From a virus (taxonomy: Duplodnaviria; Caudoviricetes), in IMG/VR virus record IMGVR_UViG_3300021431_000118, positions 5,530 to 69,529 of that record: 64,000 nucleotides of DNA; one strand, given 5' to 3'. The notes beneath the pieces are model-generated. The model made no database searches. It was not told the origin of the DNA and saw nothing but the letters and a program-made list of their open reading frames with translations. The position numbers and the translations under genes are program-made. Each line of letters starts with the position of its first letter. The stretch's first letter is position 1. Below are positions 29,401 through 38,112 of this stretch, one piece after another.

Positions 29401-29899
29401 GCGCGCGAAGAGCGGCGAGATCAACGAAGAGACCGGCGAGGATGAAACAGCCTTTGACGCGGACGACTGGACGGAGATCGTCAACTACACAGACATGGCG
29501 TCTGTCCAGGATCTGGTGGGCGACCTCTCGGACAGTGTTGCCAACCAGTTCGCAAACTTCCAGACGAGCTTCCTGCAGACGCAGAACTCGTTCACTTACC
29601 TCATCGCAGAAAAGACAGAAGCTCTCGACACGGTAGAGACTTATATGCAGATGACGAACAGAGGTCTGGAGATCGGCAAGAAAGAGAACGGTACCAACGT
29701 CGGCGGAACGCTGGTTTGTTCCAACAATCAGATCGCATTTGAGGTGGGCGGCGTACCGGTCACCTACTGGACGAGTGATGAGCAGTATATGCCGAAGATG
29801 GTCAATATCCCGGTGGGAGGATCCATGCGCCTCGGGAGCATTCAGTTCCAGCCGCGTTCCTCCGGGAACCTGAGCTTACTGTGGGTTGGTGAAAACTGA
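26411..29899 (+). CDS. Tail hub/spike (Tal-like) protein
   Basis: Follows Dit. Prophage-tail-type motifs (VKNCFRLEGGDD, GNWIRV..DDKVYRLRL) and a beta-rich C-terminus. Confidence 0.75.
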   Translation: MAINIRFDTANNPMPSRLILATKSGSRIRELPMNEVKFREGLMDGSEFSFKVYKKRCLNRSGQVDTGFWKKITDFKLAYCPEFDMWYELHIDINESTEIVKTVEAVSLGEAETSQINVYGMEVNTEDDIAREDYQPTTIFSATNKNCSLVDRLLYKAPHYRIAHVDESLANIQRTFQFDKKSMYDCFKEISEEIDCLVKIECVKGTDTKIDRKISLYDLENYCLDCGNRGDFIGTCDKCGSDNIRHGYGDDTSVYVSVENLAEEITYTTDTDSVKNCFRLEGGDDLMTATIINCNPNGSQYIWYIPEEQKEDMSPELRQKLDDYDEMYTLYQYGYGYTPPAELLSQYNQIINKYRPFKSDLQEMPVTTVGYPALMTAYYNTIDLQLFLNSGLMPNVEIASTDAATEAGKLDALSLSPVAVSKVESCTSDTAANAALAMAKCLVRGSFGVKVKDSAYNAETHVWTGNFTVTNYGDEEDKADSETVSLEITGDMEEYIKQKMKRAMKKESDDVTDISQLFALEINPFCDELDKYSLQRLMSFRDACQASMDILIQQGVADQESWAATDSNLYQNLYLPYRQKASAIEDEILERTQEIAVVAGVRDEDGNVLVEGMQTLIEETRTEIQGIQNFEEFLGPELWNEFAAYRREDVYENSNYISDGLNNEQLFARAMQFVELAEKEIYSSATLQHSLTADMHNLLAMREFQPLTEKFACGNWIRVRADDKVYRLRLSEYSVDYNNFGLDVEFTDVKFGHNTASDIQSLLQQAQSMSSSYGSVTRQAEKARRTERTMRTWAEEGFSLTTKIVGGAENQEFIMNNSGITGREYIPETESYSDEQIKMISSGLYITDDGWLTAKTGVGKFTFVNPKTNVEETRYGVIADLLVGNMVLSREAGIYNDNGSITMDNNGFTLITEAGNNAKTFSIMRKEPNGTLSNILSIDSNGRLQLNSDDVYASIEGQIETVVGGNHTRSFTEQPTPPYNVGEIWFDGETGKLYTCMRAKSGEINEETGEDETAFDADDWTEIVNYTDMASVQDLVGDLSDSVANQFANFQTSFLQTQNSFTYLIAEKTEALDTVETYMQMTNRGLEIGKKENGTNVGGTLVCSNNQIAFEVGGVPVTYWTSDEQYMPKMVNIPVGGSMRLGSIQFQPRSSGNLSLLWVGEN

Positions 29900-32445
29900 T
29901 GCCGAGAATAGACAACAATCAATGGCGAGGGCGTCACGAATTCGACGATTTTATTGTGCGGGATGAATATTACGTATACGCCAGCGATACCAGCACAACC
30001 GCTACTCCGTTTTTCATCCGTAGAGGAATCATTATTCTTACAAAAACATACAGTTCGGAGGCGCTGAGCAGCCGCGTGCCATTTTCCGTGACAATCCAGG
30101 TGAACGATGGACGTGTGTACAGCTTTACCGGGATCGGGAGCAACGGGGCAAAAAAGGTCAAGGAATATAAAGGTTCTGAACATATGCTGCTCAGCTCTGA
30201 CGCTGACGACTTCTACTTTGTATCGGCGAACAGCGCAACAACCAGCGTAACGTATAATATCCCGCTGCCGTTCAGCGGCGAGGAGGTTGTCATCAAGACG
30301 GTTATCACCGATAAGAACGGTGTGGAATATCGTTATGAGGAGCATGCGGCGGGTCTGTTCCCGGGGAAGATCGGTGACCTGTCTGTCTACGACGATACGA
30401 CAGCGAACTACAAAACGGTGCGCAAGCTCACAACGGGATGCCTGCACCGCGTCGCACTGACAAACACGCTGAACGTCCCGGACTACAGCATCTATGTAGA
30501 CGACGGGGCGCCATCGTCCTCGCGGTGTTATCTGGAATCGAGCTATACCTACTCGCTGAAACAGGCACAGTCAGACACGAGCGCAACAGGGTACGCGATC
30601 ACCGGCTATGCCGACGCGGATACGCCGTCGATCCTGATGGCGAACCGGAGCTGCAACGCACTGTACCTGGCGCCGATGTATACCGGGAACTATTACTCCC
30701 AGGAGGACACAAAGGCAAAGCTGAATATCCGGCTGTATAGGATGACGATGGACGAGAACTTCGGTTCCAATAGTTGGGAAACATCCAAATCCGTATATAT
30801 ACGCAGGACGTCAAACCAGATCACACTGGCATCCTACAGTGCAACATTCACCATTTCTGCGGCAGAGGGTGTACAGGATATCATCGCGCCGGAACTGGGG
30901 CAGGCGGCGCAGATCAACACAGAGACACAGGAGCAGATCGACAAATACGGAGGCGTCGCGCAGGGTGAGCCGAACTATCATTACCGCATCCGGTACGGCG
31001 CGGTAACAAACCGCGGCAGCGAGCTCACAACGATGTACTGCGGCATGCCGTACGGCGCTTATCTGAAATCAGCAGTTGTAAAAACAACCAACAACGGAAC
31101 AGCCACTGAGGAGCGAGCGGCAATCAGCACGGCGACTTCGCTGACTGCCGGGTATACCTCTAACTCTTACGATTACTATACCAGCTTTAAAAGCGTGTCC
31201 GGTCAGACAGATATCGAATACACCCTGCTGGATAACTTCGGAAGGATCTATACACATACCGATCATCTCACGGTACTCCCCTATCATGAACCGGTGCTGA
31301 CCAAGGTCATTGCGCACAGGGCGCGACCGGCGAAAGCGGGAGACGCGGAGGAGAGCATCATTACGGCAGGAGGTTCCGGATATGTTTTTGACGAATACGG
31401 AGAATACGGCGTTGTGGAATGGGGTTGTGATGTCAGCCCACTGAACAACCAAAATGAAGCGACCGTACAGGTCTCCGGTTCCTATACACAGAATGGGGTC
31501 AGGCGATTTATCGACGCCGTCCGGGCGACACCGGAGAGCTATACAGGAGAAGGGTACTGCGCATTCCCTGCAAACACGGAATGCAGCTATGACCTCACTG
31601 TTTCGCTGAAGGATGACTTCCACACTGTGTACGCAAAAATTGTCCTTGACTCCGCACTCACCATTATGGACTACCGAAACGGCGGCAACGGCGTCGGGCT
31701 CGGGAAAGTCGCGGAGCTGGATATGACGGTGGAAGTCAGGGCAGACTGGGACGTCCTGTTCCCGAATACGGTTACGGTGGAAAACTACGATCTGCAGAAC
31801 CACGATATTGACTTCGTTACATGGATCATAGCGAAACGTGATTACATCCGGTCATGCTATCCGAAGCTTGACATCTATATTTTCTCAGCAAGATACAGCA
31901 ACCAGGGGGTAATAAAATACGGCGTCACCGGCGTCACTGCACTGACTGCGGACACCGTAATCGGAAGAGCGGTAACGGAGACGGACTACCGAACGGACTA
32001 CATCTGGATTCCAAAGGATCCAAGTGCAGGATCGACCGGAACGGTCCGGTATGGGGCTGCAAAGATCAACGAGCCGATCCAGAAGCTGCGCGACTATCTG
32101 CATTTTATCCTGAGCGGAGCGACGTATATCTACATGGATAATCCGAATGCTTCCTCCGGTCAGATCCTCGGCATCCCGATGATCTATCTCACCGAGGAGG
32201 AACCGACCGGTCTTACCGCAGATCACAAACCGGATACACCGTCAGGAACGTACCTCAGTGTCGTGGCGATGAATACAACCCTAACGAATCTCAACGAACC
32301 GTACCAGCTCACAGGCAAAACGGTGATGGCATTTCCAAACACCAGCAGCGGAAGTGTGTGGATCACATTTGTATTCTGCGCGAACAGTACCGACGACTAT
32401 GGATTTGAGATCCGGAATCTGTATGAGACACGGTCGTCAAGCTGA
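29899..32445 (+). CDS. Minor tail/baseplate protein, DUF859-like paralog 1
   Basis: Y.EP.L....HR and LTIMDY..GG.GVGLGKVAE motifs, which I recall from siphovirus DUF859-type proteins. Confidence 0.55.
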   Translation: MPRIDNNQWRGRHEFDDFIVRDEYYVYASDTSTTATPFFIRRGIIILTKTYSSEALSSRVPFSVTIQVNDGRVYSFTGIGSNGAKKVKEYKGSEHMLLSSDADDFYFVSANSATTSVTYNIPLPFSGEEVVIKTVITDKNGVEYRYEEHAAGLFPGKIGDLSVYDDTTANYKTVRKLTTGCLHRVALTNTLNVPDYSIYVDDGAPSSSRCYLESSYTYSLKQAQSDTSATGYAITGYADADTPSILMANRSCNALYLAPMYTGNYYSQEDTKAKLNIRLYRMTMDENFGSNSWETSKSVYIRRTSNQITLASYSATFTISAAEGVQDIIAPELGQAAQINTETQEQIDKYGGVAQGEPNYHYRIRYGAVTNRGSELTTMYCGMPYGAYLKSAVVKTTNNGTATEERAAISTATSLTAGYTSNSYDYYTSFKSVSGQTDIEYTLLDNFGRIYTHTDHLTVLPYHEPVLTKVIAHRARPAKAGDAEESIITAGGSGYVFDEYGEYGVVEWGCDVSPLNNQNEATVQVSGSYTQNGVRRFIDAVRATPESYTGEGYCAFPANTECSYDLTVSLKDDFHTVYAKIVLDSALTIMDYRNGGNGVGLGKVAELDMTVEVRADWDVLFPNTVTVENYDLQNHDIDFVTWIIAKRDYIRSCYPKLDIYIFSARYSNQGVIKYGVTGVTALTADTVIGRAVTETDYRTDYIWIPKDPSAGSTGTVRYGAAKINEPIQKLRDYLHFILSGATYIYMDNPNASSGQILGIPMIYLTEEEPTGLTADHKPDTPSGTYLSVVAMNTTLTNLNEPYQLTGKTVMAFPNTSSGSVWITFVFCANSTDDYGFEIRNLYETRSSS

Positions 32446-32490
32446 TATCGAGGACGGTGTATATACAAGGAGTGAAAGGAGTATCGCAAC

Positions 32491-34710
32491 ATGGCGGTAA
32501 GGAAATGGTCAGATAAGTGGGTTACCGAGGCATTGTCATGGTATGACGGAGATAACTACGTCTGTAGGTTTATAGGCAGTGTGACCACTGTGGATGACCT
32601 GCCGACAGAGAACAACAATTTAGGCGACAAGCGTTCCGTCAGTCAGGGCCGCTGGCATTCCACCGAAAAAGGTGAAGATTGCGAGTACGAAGAAGGAGAT
32701 TACGGTTACTGGCAATCGGATTGGTATTATTGGAACGGAACGGCGTGGATCAATGAGAAGACACGTGAATATGAACAAGCGGTCGGCCTCCAGTTCTATT
32801 TTGATGTATACAGCGATCCTGACGATCCGTCTGCCGGAGCTTATCTCCATGTCAATCCGTTCTGCGCCTGGACGGGCGATGCCAAGTCAACTATGGCTCC
32901 GGACCCAACCTATCTGAAATCACTGCTGCCGATGACTGTCAACATCACAACAAGTCTCGGCTCCAGTATTACATTCAAAACAACTACAACGGTTCAGAAA
33001 TACGGTCAACTACCCGGTGATCCGAACGCAAGCAGTATTGTCGAGAGGGACGGTGTTATACTTCCGAATGTTATGAAACACAGCATTACCAACAGCGAGT
33101 CAAACAGAATCCCAATCCCGACAGATAACAGTGAATTTACTATTACTTTTAATATCACGAACAAGAAAGGTCAGAGTATCAGTTTCACCAACACGGCATG
33201 CGGTGTAAAACAGGTCCGTATTATTAACATGCCGGAATATATCACGACCGGTAAATCAGAAACGTTTCAGCTGAATGAGCCATTCGAGTCAGTCAGGTAT
33301 CAACGTGTTCTGATAGCGCAACTGATCTGGGATCCGCCGAAGTTTTCAAGAACAGTCAACGGCGTTAAATACAATGTGGATCACCAAAAGCAGATACATG
33401 AAGCTTATATTGATTCAGATGGTCGGCAGGATAGTATTACCGCCGGGTATTGGGGAAAAACATTTGACAAAATATATTTTGCCGTGCATAACCCAGGTCT
33501 GCCGGAGGTACAGGAAGCGTGGTCGGATGCATATATCAGGCTTGGCGTGGAAATGAAATATGGATATCAATGGGAGAGGATGTCTCTGTTTGCCGAGAAT
33601 CAGAAGGTTCAGATCAGACCGCGGGAATATATTGACCGGGCGCTATGGCCGGAACGCGGAGGCGAAGGGTTGACGGTTGATCCGGAAATCGCAGTTATTC
33701 ACGGGAAGTATGTGCTGCATTGTATTGATGAAATGGAATTCAACCCGCTGTTCAGTCGTAAGTTTATATGGGATCGGCAGGCCTGGGATGACTATCTCGA
33801 ATACGGAGAAGATTACAATTCCGTTGCCGACGACAGTTTGACGCGAACTTTTTACGAGCGGTACGGACACGGAACGAGAATCCACTCGATACATACTGGT
33901 AATTTCTCAGTTGTCGAGGGTTTTAAATTCAAGCCAAATGCGCCATTAGCTTCGGTAAAGCCTGGAGATGAGCACGGTGAATATACGGCAACTTATACCG
34001 TATATATAGAAGACCAGTGGTCACGCGGTCTGTATGAAGACCCGGATAACCAACAGGAACATACCGGCAGAAGATTTGACTACTCATTCCAGGTGCTCGT
34101 ATATGAGAGGCCGAAAATCACAGCGCTCTCCATTCACCGTGTGCTGGCTGACCCGAACGGGGAATACACCGACGGGACAAACAAATACACCAAAGACGAC
34201 TACGGTGACCATTGCCTGATTGAATACGGCGCACAGTTCAAACCGCTGGACTGCGGCAACGAGATGTGGCTGAAGATCACATACGGGCATAGCTCCGTAC
34301 TCCTGTACGACAATGTCATCGGAGAAACGGAAGCAGACTACGTGAAGACGGGGTACATCATCGTACCGGCGAGTACGGAGAGGACGCTGAACGTCACAGT
34401 CGAGGCGCGAGATACCTTCACCAAATCCGGTGTGTCGCAGACGCTGAGACTGAGCACAGCCCTGACGCTGATGGATTTCATGCGAGACGGAGACGGTATC
34501 GGGATCGGGATGGTCGCGCAGGCAGATAAACACCACACCTTATCTATTAACCCTGAATGGGCGTTCCGGTTCCACAGAGGCTATATATACGAACCAGGTA
34601 CAAACAACCGTGTGGATGTGGTGCAGCTAATGAAGGATATTGACATATCATTGCAAGAGCTGCGACAATCCACATTTTTACAATATCCCAACACGGGGCA
34701 TATCCCGTAA
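32491..34710 (+). CDS. Minor tail/baseplate protein, DUF859-like paralog 2
   Basis: YERPKI...IHR and LTLMDF..DGDGIGIGMVAQ. Confidence 0.55.
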   Translation: MAVRKWSDKWVTEALSWYDGDNYVCRFIGSVTTVDDLPTENNNLGDKRSVSQGRWHSTEKGEDCEYEEGDYGYWQSDWYYWNGTAWINEKTREYEQAVGLQFYFDVYSDPDDPSAGAYLHVNPFCAWTGDAKSTMAPDPTYLKSLLPMTVNITTSLGSSITFKTTTTVQKYGQLPGDPNASSIVERDGVILPNVMKHSITNSESNRIPIPTDNSEFTITFNITNKKGQSISFTNTACGVKQVRIINMPEYITTGKSETFQLNEPFESVRYQRVLIAQLIWDPPKFSRTVNGVKYNVDHQKQIHEAYIDSDGRQDSITAGYWGKTFDKIYFAVHNPGLPEVQEAWSDAYIRLGVEMKYGYQWERMSLFAENQKVQIRPREYIDRALWPERGGEGLTVDPEIAVIHGKYVLHCIDEMEFNPLFSRKFIWDRQAWDDYLEYGEDYNSVADDSLTRTFYERYGHGTRIHSIHTGNFSVVEGFKFKPNAPLASVKPGDEHGEYTATYTVYIEDQWSRGLYEDPDNQQEHTGRRFDYSFQVLVYERPKITALSIHRVLADPNGEYTDGTNKYTKDDYGDHCLIEYGAQFKPLDCGNEMWLKITYGHSSVLLYDNVIGETEADYVKTGYIIVPASTERTLNVTVEARDTFTKSGVSQTLRLSTALTLMDFMRDGDGIGIGMVAQADKHHTLSINPEWAFRFHRGYIYEPGTNNRVDVVQLMKDIDISLQELRQSTFLQYPNTGHIP

Positions 34711-34724
34711 CGGGGAGGTATATT

Positions 34725-36806
34725 ATGGCAATCAAACAATTTGGAGAAGCCTGGCGCGGAATCCTGAGAACATACGGGAGCATCCGCGTGGAGAGCTGCT
34801 ACGCACTCTACGCGGACATGGACGGGCACGCAGGAGAGGATGAAGACTCTGCGACGGTTTATGACAGCCCCTATCTCTGTCTGACAGGATTCTCCATCTA
34901 CAGCGAAACGAAAGCGCCGCTCCGGGCGATGCTGCCGCTGACACTCTCCGTCTGGATTGACAACGGGGAGGCAAAGGATTTTGTCTCTCCGCGTGCGGCG
35001 ATGATCAGCCAGTACAGTCCGAGTGGACAGTGGATGGCATATTCCGTGCAGTTTACAAGCCTGCTGGAGGGAACGAGAATCGCGATCCCGACAGACGGAC
35101 AGGCGTTCACCATCCATGTCACCATTACCGGGGCAGACGGTACGGTCATCCGGTTTGACGAGGCGGCGCGCGGGCCGGTCGCAAACGGGATCGTGGGCGT
35201 ATCTTATCACGGCGATACCGTCGAACAGATGACGACCGGCAGTATCTATGACGTACTGCTGCAGCATGATATCCCAACAGGGACAGACTATACCAATCGT
35301 ATCGGGCTGATCTGGCAGCCGCACTCATGCGTCCTGGATGACGAGGAGAACGCAGGCACCAGCTATACCCCGGTCCTGGAAGAGACAACACTGACGGCAG
35401 AGACGGCGCTGTATCCGTCGCTGTGGCCTATTACGCTTGGCGCTACGTACCGGATTATTATCCGGAGCGCAAAAGGCGGGACGACGATATCGACACTTGA
35501 GACACCGACAAGATACGACAGTGAAAACAAAAGGTACCATCTCAGCATCGGAAATTTTTACGCGCAGAACAACAACTCGGCAACCGCATGGGAGATCACC
35601 GCACCGGGACGAAACTATGGGAACAACACTATCCAGATTGACAGAGTGGTCATACGGGAGAAGAGCTACTACCCGATCCTGCTGACCGATGAAGCCTATG
35701 TCGATCCGTTTACCACAGCGGCAAAAGCCGGAAACGATTTCAACACGGTTCAGTTCGCGCTGAAGAATATCGAGAGTCTGCCGGAGAGCGAGCTCTTTAC
35801 CTCAGACGCGAAAATTGCCGTGAATCTCTACTACAACAGTGCCGACTTCGATGGCGGCATCAAGATCACGGAGTGCGAGTATACAATTCCGATGACGCCG
35901 AGTGCAACGGTAGACGCCGAGCTGCTGCCGGAGGTGGACATGACGAAGTGTTCTGTCGGGGACGATACTTCCGTTTCATCGTTCTATATGATCAACGGGA
36001 AGTTTTTGCACGGGAAAGCCAGGATGCGCTTTACAGTCGACGGAATCTTCAAGTACGGAGACAGCATGGTTTCCACAAAGAACTACTCGAAGGTGGCGTG
36101 GGCGTATATTCCTGGCTCAACATACACGCTGCACGGTGAAGAGGTAACAGCCGGGGAGACGCAGACACACACGGAATATCTGCGGGTAATCGGAAGTAAA
36201 TGGGGGGTATCGCAGCTTGATGAGGCAAAGTCTCTGGATTACAGCGTGCTGTGGTATCAACCGCCATATATCAAGGTTATTTCTCTTGAGCGATATCAGG
36301 ATGAGAACGCTACAATCCAGGACGACGCAGGACGGTATGTGAAAGTGGAGTATCAGGCTTATTTTTCCGAGCTGGACGGCATCGACCGCTGGAGACACAT
36401 CAACTGGAAATATGTGAGTAATTATGGTCAGAGTACAGCACAGCGGTCAGTAAGCGCAACAGAGCATATGTTCACTGACAGCTTTATATACTATACCAGC
36501 ACTTATGCTTCAGACCTCACGGTCACGGTGTATGACCGATACAACACACAAGGCATTGTTGCATACCGCGGCAGAATACCGAAGGCCGGCGTTATCATGG
36601 AGTATATGCACGACGGTCTCGGTATCGCAATCGGAAAGAACGCGACGGAGGCGCATACCTTCGACATCGACCGCAGCTGGGGTCTCTACTTCGGCAACGC
36701 GTATGTAGAGAACTATAACCAGCACCAGCCGCAGCATCTCGCGACGTGGATGCGTGACGTCGACACGAAAGAGGCTTATCTGAAGCAAGAGAGCAGATAC
36801 GCGTAG
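34725..36806 (+). CDS. Minor tail/baseplate protein, DUF859-like paralog 3
   Basis: YQPPYI...LER and VIMEY..DGLGIAIGKNATE. Confidence 0.55.
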   Translation: MAIKQFGEAWRGILRTYGSIRVESCYALYADMDGHAGEDEDSATVYDSPYLCLTGFSIYSETKAPLRAMLPLTLSVWIDNGEAKDFVSPRAAMISQYSPSGQWMAYSVQFTSLLEGTRIAIPTDGQAFTIHVTITGADGTVIRFDEAARGPVANGIVGVSYHGDTVEQMTTGSIYDVLLQHDIPTGTDYTNRIGLIWQPHSCVLDDEENAGTSYTPVLEETTLTAETALYPSLWPITLGATYRIIIRSAKGGTTISTLETPTRYDSENKRYHLSIGNFYAQNNNSATAWEITAPGRNYGNNTIQIDRVVIREKSYYPILLTDEAYVDPFTTAAKAGNDFNTVQFALKNIESLPESELFTSDAKIAVNLYYNSADFDGGIKITECEYTIPMTPSATVDAELLPEVDMTKCSVGDDTSVSSFYMINGKFLHGKARMRFTVDGIFKYGDSMVSTKNYSKVAWAYIPGSTYTLHGEEVTAGETQTHTEYLRVIGSKWGVSQLDEAKSLDYSVLWYQPPYIKVISLERYQDENATIQDDAGRYVKVEYQAYFSELDGIDRWRHINWKYVSNYGQSTAQRSVSATEHMFTDSFIYYTSTYASDLTVTVYDRYNTQGIVAYRGRIPKAGVIMEYMHDGLGIAIGKNATEAHTFDIDRSWGLYFGNAYVENYNQHQPQHLATWMRDVDTKEAYLKQESRYA

Positions 36807-36836
36807 AAACTATAAACAAATGAAAGAGGTGGGACA

Positions 36837-37235
36837 GTGAACTATATTCGCAGTCTAAAACTGGACTTTAACGCAGAGAGCGCTGTACACCCGATTGTAA
36901 ACGTCAAACAGAACGACAGGAACACACGGTTCCTGAAGATCGGACTATACAGCGACGGAACGGCGTATGCGCCGGAGAGCGGCGTGCCGATTCTGTTCCG
37001 CTGCAAAAATCAGGAGAGCGGCGCTACCGTGACACTCAGTACGGAGAGCGCCGATCCTGACTACGGTTCCGTCCCCATCACAAAACTGAATGAGAACACG
37101 ATCCAGGTTGTGCTGACGGAATCGGTAACGAGAGAGGCGGGACTGTGCCTGTGCGACATCTGCCTGGATAAGGGCAGTGAAATCCTCAGCACAGAGGCAT
37201 TCTATATCCGGGTACACCCGTCTCCCGGAGGCTAA
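36837..37235 (+). CDS. BppU N-terminal-domain baseplate protein
   Basis: LKLDF....VKQND..TRFL.I.L..DG...G...CDICL...LST..F.I.V. Confidence 0.75.
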   Translation: MNYIRSLKLDFNAESAVHPIVNVKQNDRNTRFLKIGLYSDGTAYAPESGVPILFRCKNQESGATVTLSTESADPDYGSVPITKLNENTIQVVLTESVTREAGLCLCDICLDKGSEILSTEAFYIRVHPSPGG

Positions 37236-37246
37236 GGCGGTGAAAC

Positions 37247-38056
37247 ATGGATTATCTACTGAACATTAAACTCGACCTGAACCTGGACAGAGAGATGCCG
37301 GTGGCGAGAGTAAAGCAGGGTGACGCATCGGCGAGGAAGCTCACGATATTCCTTGAGAAGGACGGAGAGACATTTATCCCGGAGAGCGGGGTGCAGTTCC
37401 TGTTCCGCTGTGAGAAGCCGGACGGACACGCCGTCATCCTGGACAGCGAGTACCAGGACGAAACGCTCGGCAGGACGCCGGTCGTTAACAACGGAGACGG
37501 AACCGTCACGGTGGAGCTCACGGGGCAAGTCACCGTCGTGCCCGGTGTGTGCCGGTGCGACATCTGCATGTACAAGGGCGCACAGATTCTGTCCACAGTC
37601 CCCTTCGCTATCGACGTGAAACGCTCGCCGAACATCGCAAATCTGGTGGTGTCCAGCGACGACTTCCGCACGATGAGCATGGCGATCCAGCAGGCGCGGA
37701 ACCTGATGCGCGGCGTGGCGCAGTGCTCGGCGGTCATCTATCTGTCGGACAACTGGAACGGGGTTGAGAGCCCGTACTACCAGAACGTCACGGTCACGGG
37801 GTATCCGATCTCGCCAAACACAAAGGTTGATCTGATCGCGGACCCAACAGTTGTGGACAGCATGCTGGAGAGCAAGACGAACCAGCTGATGGCGATCAAC
37901 AACGGCGGTGTCCTGACGGTCTATGCAACCGGGAACGCGCCGACGGAGCCGCTCACGGTACAGGCCTGCCTGTACGAGACGATCCCGGTGGAAGAGTGGG
38001 CGGACGCCGGACTGCCTGAGTCCGGAGACGACACGGGTGACAGTACCGGCGGCTGA
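37247..38056 (+). CDS. BppU N-terminal-domain protein with a C-terminal beta domain
   Basis: IKLDL....VKQGD..RKL.I.L.KDG..FRCEKPDG..., a paralog of the upstream gene. Confidence 0.8.
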   Translation: MDYLLNIKLDLNLDREMPVARVKQGDASARKLTIFLEKDGETFIPESGVQFLFRCEKPDGHAVILDSEYQDETLGRTPVVNNGDGTVTVELTGQVTVVPGVCRCDICMYKGAQILSTVPFAIDVKRSPNIANLVVSSDDFRTMSMAIQQARNLMRGVAQCSAVIYLSDNWNGVESPYYQNVTVTGYPISPNTKVDLIADPTVVDSMLESKTNQLMAINNGGVLTVYATGNAPTEPLTVQACLYETIPVEEWADAGLPESGDDTGDSTGG

Positions 38057-38112
38057 AAGAACAACTATGAACAATAACAGAAAACAACAATACAACGGAG
38101 GTGAGCGAACAT

